Shown here piece by piece: positions 13,290-25,099 of a stretch of 64,000 bases of DNA. The stretch comes from Rhodosorus marinus CCMP1338 (lineage: Eukaryota; Plantae; Rhodophyta), in the NCBI GenBank assembly GCA_029953675.1, contig JAMWBK010000013.1, positions 124,001-188,000 on the forward strand, in the 5' to 3' direction. The first letter of the stretch is position 1, and the number at the start of each line of letters is the position of its first letter. Under the pieces are notes generated by a model. It saw only the letters and a list, made by a program, of their open reading frames with translations, made no database searches and was not told where the DNA came from. A program made the position numbers and the translations under genes.

Positions 13290-14550
13290 ATCTGGAATTG
13301 TCGGAGACTATAATTAAAATGCAAGGATATGGGATTTTTGAACGATGACAGTTGGAAATAAGAGAAGACGAAAGTCAAAGCCAAGCAGCACTCGAAACGC
13401 GTCCACAAGCTCTCGCCTTCAGCGGCTGAAGCTGTGGTAAATGGACAAGACCATCACGCAAGTTTACAAGACCATCACTCAAGTTTCTGCCAGTTTGTGA
13501 TCGAAGGCCCTTTCTAGTTCTTCCCGCAAGGCCTCCTTGCATCTGGTCCTGCACAATCTGGATGCAGGCCGATGTCGTCACCATCTTGCACCCTATCTCC
13601 GGTCTTCGGAAACACAGCACGCGAAAGACTGGTCGCAATCAGTCACCACGACAAGTAGTCCTCTGGCGGCTTCAGCTTCGACCTCGCAAGAAGATCTGTC
13701 CAGCCCGCTGACGCTATGACAAAACCAAATTCCTTCTGCTAGCACGATCGAAGTCAGCCCGTAGCTTCTACATGACGCCGCAGCGGACAACTAGCACTCT
13801 TCAGTGCCCTCTACACAAACTCCCTCTCCAGGGTTTCTCATTCTACCTCAGAAAGCTAGCCAACTGCATATCGAGAGATCGCTAAAAGGCACCTGCTGAG
13901 GCATACAAGTTGCATAAACGGATATGCAGCAGAGAAAGCTGGACAGCGGAAAGTTCAGCACGATGGGGAAGGTGATTGCTGCCGAACGACATGCTTGATT
14001 TTTGTCTCGTTTATGCGTCAGACATATCGTCGATAAAAGCAGACAGGCTTGGGAGTTTCTCCGAGCGCCCACTGCACACTTGCATGATCGCGATACACAT
14101 CTGTCCTCTGCGCGAGGCCGGTTCTATGGCAAACGCAACGGGTCAGTTGGTTCAACACGCGCCAATCACCTCCACATTGTGCTGAACTTCCCCCCCTCCC
14201 CCTCTACAGGGTTTCTTCACTGAGGGAAGAAGCATCAGCGCTGAGGCTCTAAAGCTATCCCCTTGAAACTCCACAAATGCAGGCACAGACTTTGCGCAGA
14301 ACTTCAAACAAGTCACTGGCGTATTTGTCCACCCGGGGACAGGGTGATGGCCCAGAAAGGCCTCAGCAACACTATCAAACGAAACCACTCGAGAAAAAGG
14401 CAAAAGGACTTGCTCTTCACAGCCTTGGAAAACAGAGAGTACCCGCGATCAGCAACGACACATCGCTCAGGTCCGCGGTAGAGGTGCTCTTGGGTTCTTG
14501 TAGAACAGTCAACCGGGAAGCTCGCAAAGGCTGAAAGGTTGAAATCCAAG
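13290..14550 (+). mobile_element. Possible degenerate Ty1/copia fragments (RNase H-like ~13310-13460, gag-like ~14300-14530)
   Basis: KDMGF..IREDESQS..EAVVNGQ resembles the copia RNase H end (ELG..IYEDNQS..EAVENG). AQKGL..EKKAKGLALHSLGKQRVPAI resembles the copia gag N-terminus. Both are frameshifted. Confidence 0.3.
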
Positions 14551-15003
14551 TTAAGACTTGTTCAGCTTCAGCGGTAACCGTGTTTCATCTCAAAGCATTG
14601 ACGGAGCTTTTTTTCGGAGGGGTTTTCCGTCTCTTCCGTTTCAAACTTTTCTCTCACCGCTTAGCAACGCGCCTGCTGTGCATTGGGATGGATTCAGGAC
14701 AGCTCGAGCTAAAAGGTCTTCTCTGCCTGCTTTTCTTAGCGGTGGGGACACGATGAGGTCGTGGTGTTCTGACGCCCAGAGAGGAAACTCTTCGTATCTG
14801 AACAAGGCGGAGGTGGTTCTTTCGCCTTCTGGTGGTGCTCTTAGGAGCAGCTCCAGTCTGTGAAATACTTTCCTTACTGCTACTTCCCCGTGCTTGTCGA
14901 TGGGTCCTTAGTCTTTGACCGACGAAATTTTGGCATTTGAAGCCTTGAAACGAGTTGGTTACTTTCCTGTGGGGAGTCGTATTTTATTTTGATAGGGAGT
15001 TAG

Positions 15004-16299
15004 TTATCTGATGTTAAGAGGCAAAATTTCACAATCCGGGGAGCTTCTGTTGAACTCTTCTCCACCGTCCGCTTCCGGGACGACAAACCGTCTCCCATCG
15101 GCCGAGTCGGGTGACCGACTTCGTAGATCATCCATCTCCTCGGAGATGTCGCAATTGGGAGGATTTTCCAGGTCCGATGGCGCTGGCTGATCCGGCTTTG
15201 CCGAGGTCTCCGGATCTGTAGATGAAGCCCCAGGCGGCAGACCAAACGCAAAGTTTTCCACTGCTTCCTTCCAAAACCGATCCCTCTGTTCGGCGAGGAC
15301 GTACTCTACCGCACTCATTCGCATCAGATAGTCGTGATCGACGTCCGGGACTTCGGTGTAGTCACACTCAGGAATCTTGAACGCTAGCAGCCTCGACGCA
15401 AGGATGTTCACTAGAGTATCGCCTACACCGGCGTACATTCTAACTGGTTTTAGGACACCTGCCAAGTCGAAATCCAGTTCTTCATGGGACCTGCAGCACA
15501 TCAAGAATTCCTCAGTAAACCCTTTCGTTCCCTGTCGTCGGGCTTCGTTGTCAATATTGAAGTAGAGCTCATCCTCCGGAAGAAGCTCGCCGTTGAAATC
15601 CTTCTCAAGGAACTTTTTCTGTCTTTCGGTGAGCCTCTCGAGTGCTTTGTTCCAGACCAGCGGGATAGACCTCTGGATTCCTGTGGGGAGATATTTGAGC
15701 ATTTTAATGCGCTTTTTTGAGCCGGCGGTGTCCGGCGGAGCCCACGTTGAGACCGCAATGACTTTTCCGAGAATTTTTTCAGCCAACGGAGGATGACATG
15801 CGCAAGCGAGGGCATGAAGGGCGCCCACGGAGAAGCCCCAGAGGCCAAAGCAGGGCAGTTTCATTTGATTTGCGATTTCCTCAACATCCAACGCCCAGTC
15901 CATAAACGTCCGGTTCTCCTGGTTTGTCGACAGCCCACGACCTGGTCTATCGGCTGAGATTAACCTCAACCCAAGCTTGATTCCAATATCATTGTAGTAG
16001 TAAACAAACAGCCTCGAGCCACCCAGGCCGTACATCATAAACACTGGAACCCCGTCAGGATTACCGGCCTCTGCAACAGAAACCGTCCTCCCATCCCTCA
16101 TCCAAAACGTCAAATTCGCGCTCTTCAGAGACGTTGGATTCCCAATTCTCACCCGAGAAATCGAATGAAACGATTCGATTCGGTCCATCCTCAAGGCGCT
16201 CGTCCTCGCCAAAATTGCATTCACCCATTTACCTAAAAGCGAAAAAAGACCAGGCCTTTCTCTTTGATGGCTGGACTTGTCTCGGTGAAAACTGCCCAC
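15004..16299 (-). CDS. Alpha/beta-fold hydrolase (start may be the internal Met of MDRIESF)
   Basis: Intronless 431-aa ORF with DGRTVSVAEAGNPDG, LISADRPGRGLS, nucleophile elbow GFSVG, Asp (GVGDTLV) and His (DVDHD). Confidence 0.88.
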   Translation of the reverse strand: MGSFHRDKSSHQRERPGLFSLLGKWVNAILARTSALRMDRIESFHSISRVRIGNPTSLKSANLTFWMRDGRTVSVAEAGNPDGVPVFMMYGLGGSRLFVYYYNDIGIKLGLRLISADRPGRGLSTNQENRTFMDWALDVEEIANQMKLPCFGLWGFSVGALHALACACHPPLAEKILGKVIAVSTWAPPDTAGSKKRIKMLKYLPTGIQRSIPLVWNKALERLTERQKKFLEKDFNGELLPEDELYFNIDNEARRQGTKGFTEEFLMCCRSHEELDFDLAGVLKPVRMYAGVGDTLVNILASRLLAFKIPECDYTEVPDVDHDYLMRMSAVEYVLAEQRDRFWKEAVENFAFGLPPGASSTDPETSAKPDQPAPSDLENPPNCDISEEMDDLRSRSPDSADGRRFVVPEADGGEEFNRSSPDCEILPLNIR

Positions 16300-16419
16300 C
16301 CACCTCCGCCCCGTCCCCCCAGCATCTCCCAGAACAGTTTGCCTCGAGACCTATTTACACCCTGCTTCCCCTAAAGCCATTTCTTCTTCTCTACCACATT
16401 CTTTTTTGGGGCCAAGTTT

Positions 16420-17500
16420 TGGTTGGCCACTGTTACGGCCAACGTTATGGCCAATGTTGCAAGCCAATGTTACGTCTTACGAAGAGTGTTACAGCCAATG
16501 TTATGGCCAATGTTATGGCCAATCTTAAACGTATTAATGACCAATGTTGCAGCCAATGTTACGGACAATATTGCGGCCCATGATGCGGCCACTGATATGA
16601 CCAATGTTATGGCCAATCCAAAAACTTTTTAATGACCAATGTTGCAGTCAATGTTACGTCTTACGACCATTGTTACGGCCGCTGTTAAACAGGGAGAGCT
16701 ACAACAAGCAACGTTACGCCAATGACGCTGCAGAGTACGAGCAGCGCTGCCCACAACATTGCAGCCTTCAGAACGAAAAAACCATGGGAAGAGATCTACG
16801 ATGCTAATGGACAAGCGTCGTGCATGCAAGCAGCACTGACTACCATACCGTTCCAAGGAATATTGGATCCAGCAGGGTTATGCTGGCACCTCTTCAGGAC
16901 CCTACTCAACACCGAGACACTTGAAACAAACCTCTACAGTCGCTATTACTCAAAACAGCCGACGCGGTATACGAGGACTCTTCATTGAAGCAAAAAGGCA
17001 GCACCTCGTTCACTACGAATTCCATGTCATATGAACGAGCCCCACCATGGATAGCACCCAAGTCGTCCTCACGATCAACATCAACTGAATGAGGACGACT
17101 TGGGTCGTTGGACTTAACGAAGAACTGCAAAGGGCCGTTTCTGTTTTAAAAAACTTTCTTAGAGGGTAAGCAGGGAAACCCTAACAATGGCGGTAACGAT
17201 GGGTTGGTAATAGTGGTCATAGGATGTGGCCAGAGTAAATCTTGTAACATTGTTTCTCGCAGTCGTCGGTATTGCTGGTTGGTAACATTGGATTTTTGGC
17301 CGCTGGTTATTGGCAACATTGGGAGGTAACATCGGGTTTTGCAGAATTTGGCCCGAAGATTTTTATTGTACAAATTAGGTTAACGAAATATTGTTTGGTA
17401 ATAGTGCGGGGGTAGCATTTGTGACGAGCTTGTCCCGGAAGATTTGTGGCAAAATTCGTTGTCACAGTGGTTGTAACATTGGTGGCAAGCTCTGGGCCAG
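16420..17500. repeat. Inverted arrays of a ~12-bp CCAATGTTA-type unit flanking a ~450-bp core (foldback or non-autonomous transposon-like)
   Basis: At least 8 ccaatgtt copies plus variants occur at 16427-16720. Reverse-complement t/caacattg copies and variants occur at ~17180-17495. Confidence 0.7.
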
Positions 17501-17629
17501 GAAAAAGTTAACAACAAATGTAGCTGGATCACTCCGGCGGGAATCGATAGCGGAATATCTGAATAGGCTTCGCTGGGAGCGTAGTTGGAGCTTCCCAGGA
17601 GGGCGGGAGGTGGAGATCGTTGGGGGACA

Positions 17630-19295
17630 ATGCAGCAGGAGGCTGGTGAAGAGACCCATCTGCTGAAGGAGAAAGATGGAGTATCTCGAGCTGGGTCTTC
17701 GAAGACCCTGCGGAACGTGGCCGCGAGATCGGCGCCTCCGCCTGCGGCTCGACTGCCTGCGAAGACTGCGGTAATATGGATCAAGCAGCCACCTGGTAGA
17801 GCGTTTTGGAGGCTTTCAATCAGCCAGAACTGAACGACAAATCTGGTGATGTTGTTCCCCCAATTTTTTTGCTTTCGACTTTTGCCCAGGGTTCGAAGAG
17901 AATAGCTAGAGCGCACAGGAGGGACGTTGAGAAGGCCGAGCTCCCCGAACAGTGGACAGGACGGTTGAGCATGTACTGTGTATGCACATCCTTTAACATC
18001 CCAATCGTATTTCGGTTCTTTCGTGGGCATCCGTCCTACTACTCCAGACGGCTTGGACAGGATGTGGTTCACGTATGGAAGATCCTTGGAGACGATGTCC
18101 CTGCTGAGGAAGTCTACACAGACACAAATCAAGATGCCGTCTGGTGGTCTGGCGTTGAAGACCACTACAGCCGATCTGCGGAGATCTTCATCTTCTCCTA
18201 CGGAGTCATATCCACATGGGGCCTTTCGGAGGGAGGAGAATGGGATATCCTTGAGGCGCTCAAGCCGTTTGAGGAGAGAACTTTTGGTGAGCTCGGAAAT
18301 TTGTGGAGAAAATGTTAGCTGGCTTTTCCTCGCACTCGTTGTTCACACCCCAGCTGGCCCGCTTTTCTCCCCCGAAAAAGACACACCGGAGGAGTCAGAG
18401 TACTTCGACTACGCCTACTCAAAGCCAGGTTCAGAAGGAGTGGGCCAGCTCCTAAAAATTACCGAGAACGTGCTCTACCTTGCCGAATCTGTGGGGACAA
18501 ACACTGAGGAAAGCGTGCCAGCGAAACTTGCCGTTTCCTACGGTCTCGCTCAATCCGCAAAGCTCGCGACGTTTGAAACCTCGGTGGACTCCATTTTCGA
18601 TCGAGTGGGACACCTCCCGGTCGTCATGGCACAGACGGGTCACCTCAACCTTACAGACCGAGCGATCCTCGAGCTCAGTGGGGAGTTGCTGGCCTATTCT
18701 GCGTACATAAATCTCCAGACCGATGTTCTCGATACTCCAGGTAGGCTAGAAATCCTCCGCGAGTACTCGAAAGCTTTCCTCAGACCTAGACCTAATGAGC
18801 AGAAGCTTGATGGCCTTGCTTGCCGCGAAAACAGACTGGTTTTGGGACAACGAAACCTACGAACCATTGTACGAAAAAGTAGCGCGATATCTGGACGTCC
18901 GCCATCGTGCTGAGATAGTTAACCAAAGACTAGGCGTTCTCAGTGATATGTAAGTTGATCCTGTCATACACGCTTGTTTTGACAAAGTTCATTCGCGAGC
19001 TGGAAACGGTTCCGTCTCTCGCTTGAAGCTAAGCCGTGGATCATTTCGCTCGCAACGAGCGCTTCATTTACGTTCCATAGCTGGTTGCTATGTCATGTAT
19101 GGCCTGGCGCTCGACAGAAGTTAACTGATCTCGCGTCCACATCCCACATCAACAAACACTAGGTATGCGCTGTTCAGAGATGAGAGGCACATCCTCTACG
19201 GGCATCGTCTAGAGTGGATTGTAATATGGTTGATCGTCGTTGAAATCGTGTTGGATCTTTTGGAGCTTGCTGTGCTCTACGTGACTGGAAAATAA
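17630..19295 (+). CDS. RMD1: RMD1/Sif2 family (DUF155) membrane protein, multi-exon
   Basis: Spliced protein includes RLSMYC, EIFIFSYGVISTWG, KLAVSYGLAQSAKLATFE, DVLDTPDWFWD, YLDVRHRAEIVNQRLGVL and a C-terminal RLEWIVIWLIVVEIVL TM. Four GT-AG introns were inferred. Confidence 0.88.
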
Positions 19296-20229
19296 TTATA
19301 AAGAAGAAACTGAATATCAAACAGACACAGCCGTTTCCAGTTCCCCTCCATCTCCACAAGCTCTGCACAAAGTCGCAACCCCAGATCTACTAGCCTCGCA
19401 AAGAGAAACCCCTCCCAAAAGCCTTTAACCAAATATAAAAAAAAAAAAGATAGAAAAAATCAAGGAGCTCAATCAAAACAGAGATAATCAATCAAAAACA
19501 ACCTTGATTCAATCAAATAATAAGTAACCAATCAAAACAAGAAGTAAATCAATCTTTCTAGTCGAAAGAATCTAACATTGATAGAAACTGTCAAGAAATA
19601 TCTAAAACGTAGGGTTTTCACTATCAACGTAAGAAACCGACAGATATTTAGCGCGCGCAAACGTACCAGATCTCTACCTGCGCTTAACTTAAAAAAAAGG
19701 AAAAACTTTAAATATTCTCCGCCGTTGTATTGATATCTTCATCCTCCCCCCCTCCCTCTCCACCTCCCCTTTTCCCCGTTCATCTCTTTGCTGCTCCTGA
19801 GAAGTTATGCGTACTTGATCCATAATCCCTTTTTGTTCTTTTAATATTCGCTAATTTGGAATATTGTGGAGACGGAGAAGAGGGGGTATTTGAAGATGAT
19901 TAGGAGGGAGCTCAGCGAATTAATGGAAGGAGGGGTAGTTCGTTTGGAAATAAGCATCATCTCATACGGACAGGCTGTCGCTGAAGTGATCTCATAGAAT
20001 GATCTCGGAAAAGCGTTTCTTTCGTCGGATCGGAAAAAGAAGCGATTTTTTGTATTGAAAATTGATAATATGGGTTGCGGAGAGGAAAATGGGTATAAGA
20101 ACGCGTTGGAGGGTATTGGACTGATAGGGAGGGAGTGAGGGGGGGAGGAGTTTGCGGGTAGGAAAGGGAGTTGATGCTTGAGAAGAATTGGCGGAGGAAG
20201 TGAAAATCAGACGAAAACTATTTCTCAAG

Positions 20230-20535
20230 ATGAATACTGCTTTTGTGAATGGAGTGACGCCGTTGACGACCCGCGCGGTTGGGCGATCTGTGTCGGTGAA
20301 GAAGACGACAGTGATGAAGATGGACGTCAAGAAGCTTGCTGTGATGATCCCAGCTATTGTGCCATCGGTTGCACATGCGGCCGAGGGAACTGGAGCTGGT
20401 CTTGGAATTGACAATGTCCTGCTTTACCTGCCGCTCGTCCTCATCCCAACCACTTTCTTCTTCCTGTTCATTGGGTTTGGACGCAGCCAGGACAACACCG
20501 ACTTCTTCGGAGATTTTGACGGCCGCAGAAATTAG
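20230..20535 (+). CDS. psbW: Photosystem II PsbW (nucleus-encoded, bipartite targeting)
   Basis: Has an MNTAFV transit peptide, a hydrophobic thylakoid signal ending AHA|A, mature EGTGAGLGIDN followed by a single TM, and an acidic tail. Confidence 0.8.
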   Translation: MNTAFVNGVTPLTTRAVGRSVSVKKTTVMKMDVKKLAVMIPAIVPSVAHAAEGTGAGLGIDNVLLYLPLVLIPTTFFFLFIGFGRSQDNTDFFGDFDGRRN

Positions 20536-21050
20536 GCTGTGCTTCAATAAGAACAAACCTTCTGTGTCGTCGGAGTTTGCTGACTTTTGTAGTGAAAAAT
20601 AGACCCCCGTCGTTTTGTCTTCTGTTTGGTTTGGCACCGGGTGTAAAGTAGAGCCTAGACAAAAAGGCGTTGAGTTTTCGTGGCCAGCGACACACTCATT
20701 AAAAGTTTCTTTTCTCCAACTTCTTTTGCCTCCACACACGCCCAACGGTCCGTGCATGGCGACAAGCTCTCAGGAAGAGCATTGTCACGACGTCGGAGCG
20801 AACCAACTGAAAAAATCCTCCTGTGAGCCTTGTCGGTTAGCGGCCGAACCATCCATCAGCTCATAGTATCATCAGCTCATAGTATCTCGTTTCTTGTCGC
20901 TCCCATTTTCGATTTCGATGCCGCTGGGCTCATCGATCTTAAGCGCGCTGCGTAAGTGGAGGGGAGGCAAGGACTATCAAGGGCTACCGCACGCCTCCGG
21001 AGCCCCCTTGAGCAATGACTGACCCGAGTCTCGCCCCGAGACTTGCTCCG

Positions 21051-21322
21051 AGAATGAGTGCGTCCGAAAGGATTTGTGCGTCCCCGCCCACCTGTCTGAA
21101 TGAGGGGCCATGGGGACAGGAACCTTGTGAAAAATTTCAAACTACAACTCCGTTCAAGAAGGATTTATTAAATTTATGCCGCGAGTCTTGCAAGCGAGAA
21201 TGAGCGCGTCCGAAATGGCTTGTGAGTCCCCGTCCACGTGTCCGAATGCTGGGCGCATGGGGACAGCAACTTTGTGAAACGTTTTAGAACTACAACTCCG
21301 TTCAAGACGGATTTATTAAATT
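21051..21322. repeat. Tandem duplication of a ~130-145-bp unit
   Basis: gagaatgag(t/c)gcgtccgaaa...catggggacag...aactacaactccgttcaaga(a/c)ggatttattaaatt starts at ~21051 and again at ~21197. Confidence 0.9.
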
Positions 21323-21519
21323 ATTATGCCCTAGACATGGGCAATATTTGTTAAAGAAGGACTCGACCGACGGGGACTCAACCCTAGAGAAGAAAAAAAC
21401 AGCAATCTAGATCCTATCCACACATCTGTGCGGTATTCCATCCACCTCTCACGTGTGAGATTGCATAATACACACAACCGGCCTCGCTGCCCAACTCGAA
21501 TAAATACAGACGAACAAAG

Positions 21520-23089
21520 CTACATAACAAGCCTTTGGCTCTTGTTAGGGTTGGACTTCCTCCCGAAGAAGCCCCTTGGCGAGTTCACCCCTGGTGAGGA
21601 ACTGCTTGATTCCGATTCAGACCGGGGCGAGCTGCTGCCAGACGCTTCTCCTAGACGTCGAGGAGAAAACATTCGTACGCGGTGCAGGAAACCTCCACTG
21701 TTGCTGTGCTCCGACCGGGTCGAGGCCTTGAGCTTGGACCTGGTGCCCTCGGACATTATGTGGCGACGAACGGGGTTTGGATCCTCCGAACCGTCATTCG
21801 ACCCATGCCATGATTCATCAGAGCCATTGTTGGTCAGGGGGGCGGCGCTCGCAGGCTTCTCCATTTCGGTCAGACTTGCACTCGTCGTTGTTATTGGGCT
21901 CCCGAACAACACCTCCCTTTCCGCAACTCCCGCAGATTCCGTGCGCAAACCTTCCAGCAGGTCCGGAGAACCCGCTACGGGCGAATGGGTCCGTGTCAAG
22001 TCAAGCTTCCCTCCGTGTGAAGAGATATTCGCGGTCCTCAGGTTGCTGAAGAAGTGGGTAGAATACATCCCCTTCGCGGTTCTGGTCCCTTCCATTTCCT
22101 GCAGGAGGACAACTGCGGCAGAAATGTTGTCCGTTGAACCCGCGTCGTAGGCTGATTTCACGAGAATTTTCGCTGCTCTTTCGCTGTCGGCGTACATGGA
22201 CAACGACTTTTTCGTAATCTACGTGGCAAAACGAGCAATTCACGGGTCAGCACCGGAATACAGAGCCTCTTTGCAAGCAAGTGGATCCTACCTTTACAGC
22301 AGTTTCATTTGACATCTTGGCCCATAACCCATCGGTGGCGATAATCACAAACTCATCTCGCTCCTCAACATCAAATTCCACAATGTCCGGTTCCGATATG
22401 ATTAAGTCCGCCGAGAATTTTTTCCCAGGGAACGTCCTCTCCTTGTGGCCCTTCAAGTCCAAGTCTCCGAGCGCTCGAGACAGAGTGATTACCCCGTTCA
22501 CTCCACGGGATGTTACGAAACCTCCGGCGTCCCTAACTCTTCGTACCTCAGCTGGAGAAAGGGCGGAATGGTCCTGTGACAAACCCAACGCCATACCATC
22601 TCTGGACATCACCGCGCGCGAGTCACCAACATTACAGCAGTACAGCTTGTTTCCGACAACAACAACCGAATTCAGCGTCGTCCCGGCATAGTTCTTTTCG
22701 GTTTCCGAAAGGCCTAGAATCTTGTCATCTGTGGTCTTCACAATCTCCCTTAGGGCTGCAGGTACATCGGTATGCAGCTTGGGGTGATCCATCAAACTAT
22801 TCACAAAGTTCTTCTTGCAATACTCCGCGGCCATCTCCCCACCATGTCCATCGAAAACGCAGAAAATCCCCAGTTGAGGCCCACCAAAGCCGAGTCTGGA
22901 GATCATCCACGCCGTCCTGTCCTCCATATAATTCCTCCTCCCCTCATACTCCGCAATCCCGCACTCCAGGCAGAACTCCTCGGCCTCCTCCCGGTCCTCA
23001 AAATGCAGCTCACCGATGTTCGGCTCAATCACGCGTGGATCCGATTCCTGATAATAAAACTCTTTCCCGAACGCGACAGACGCAGCCAT
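21520..23089 (-). CDS. Protein phosphatase 2C (PPM family) with Ser-rich C-terminal tail, 1 intron
   Basis: Motifs GRRNYMEDR, FCVFDGHGG, CNVGDSRAV, LSRALGD and IIATDGLW; after the intron near 22220-22290, GSTDNISA. Confidence 0.95.
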
Positions 23090-25099
23090 CTTCCCTTCTC
23101 CACCAAACAAACCTTTCCTCCTTTCCCACTGAACCCCTACCCCCACACGCCACTTTTCATCAACCCTTCACAACCTCCGTACCAACACCCATCCTCCCGT
23201 TTCCCCCTTCCTCCCTCCTCCTCTTCCTCCCTACCTCGCTCCCTTCCCTCCCCTCCCTACCCTCCCTCCTCCCTCTAATCCCCCCCCACGCCCATCCCAA
23301 CTTCTCAACTGCAAACCTCTTCCCCTTCAGAAATCCTGGAGAAAAAAATTTGAAAACAAACAACTCCCGCGACGCCAATCACAACAGCCCAACATAACCG
23401 GCGCCCAGACAAATCTGTCTGCGTTTGATCCAATGTTACCCAAATCTCGCAGAGGTTTTTTGGCCCACCAAAATGAAACAAAAAAAATTTCTAGTTTCAC
23501 AGTTTCTATGCAAGTAGTCAACGGACAGAAAAGAAAACAAGACTGCTTTTTGCGAAAAATATATAAATATCAGGGTACTTAAAAATGGTAAGGGGGGGGA
23601 AGGCGAACTGAAAATGGTTCTTGTGAATCTTTCGTATTCTTAAAGGGGGGTATTGAATTCGGATGAATTCTTATTTGTGAATAACTTGAAGCTTTTTGGT
23701 CTATTTTTGTTTCGGATTAGGGATGGGTTAATTTCTTCACAGAATGCTTTGAGTGAAAGGTTGAACCCCTCTTTTCCCCTTCCAGCAAATCCTTTAATGA
23801 AAATAATTTATACCTTTTTTAATTATTTATAGGGGAGAGGAAATAATGATACATGCCTTTTAAACTATTTTCTAGTAGCGAACTGGGCTGATCGTAGCGG
23901 AAAAGGCAGGAAATAAAGCGTTCCTCAATGGCGAAATTGGTTCTGCTATTCAGGAAATTGCCTGCCCCATTTTTTTCGACCAGTAAAAACAAGGAAAATC
24001 AAAGTTTGGCCGGGCGTCCGAAATAAGACACTACCCAACTCCCCCCTCGGAGGGTGTTGGGTAATATCGTAAATATGGATATACTGAATTATTGAAGATA
24101 TTTCGAATCTTCAGGACTAGTTCGACAAGACGGCTTGGAGGGGATAGAGAATTTTTAGGCCAGTTTCGATTGGCCAATAGAAAGCGTTGAAGTCATTTAG
24201 ACGATGAAAATAAACCGTTTATTATATTCTTCGAATGCTGGCGGCGTACGATTGGACACGCGAAGGATAGGGTTACTGAAGGCGATTGCATATCACGTTT
24301 TTCCAGGAATATTGAAAACTTTGGGAGAGGTTAAGATCAGAACCCCTCTTAAATGTGGAACGAACCCTGCTGGCGACCCATCCACCCACCCTCAACACGC
24401 CCTCCCTCCCTCCCTCCCTCCCTCCCTCTACCCCAGTTCCTCTTTTTTCTGTTCACGCTTGGCCAGAAGGCTGAGCAGCTTCTCTGGTTTCAAGGGAAAA
24501 AGAAAGAAGGGTGGATGAAGGAGGAACAACAAGCTGCAAAAGATGATGTTGCAACGTTGTAGTGGGCCATCCCTAAAATCAAAGGATATTTACCACTTAT
24601 TCATTTTGGGCTCGCTTGATTCGTCAACGTGTGGGCGTAAAAAAGTTTCCTGCTTTTTAACTTCTGTTTGTGGCTCCAAAAAAAATTGTGAATGAGAGAA
24701 AGAGCTTGACGTCGACCTCGGTCTGGCGGGGGGTTGACGTACCTGACAGAAGTTTCCGAGCACCAAGAGTTTTTATCTTTTTTTAAGAAGTATATTGAAA
24801 ACGCTCATGGGCGAGCTGACCCCTTCTCGTTCCTTAATGTATGAGGCAAGCCAACATAGGACTTGCTTCGTGTCCTGAGAATCACATAGCACATCGCGTA
24901 ATACGTAGAAAGTTTTTTTCTAAAAAGGCATTGTCTTGATTTGACTGGCCCACCCCTGAGTTCACTTCCACGCCCGCCCCCCCCCGCCCCTCTTGTTTCT
25001 GGGTCTTCGTTGGTAAGGGGTACAACGGAAGTATAGTTAATTATTTTAATAAAATTGTATTTTGAGCTTTTCTCGTTGCAGAAATGTCCTCACTCGATT

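Noticed and set aside
16420-16720. Short repeats considered as a CRISPR array
   Set aside because: Units are ~12 bp with no unique spacers, there are no cas genes, and the context is eukaryotic.
22576-23397. 273-aa Pro/Ser-rich plus-strand ORF
   Set aside because: Antisense to PP2C and its G-rich leader.
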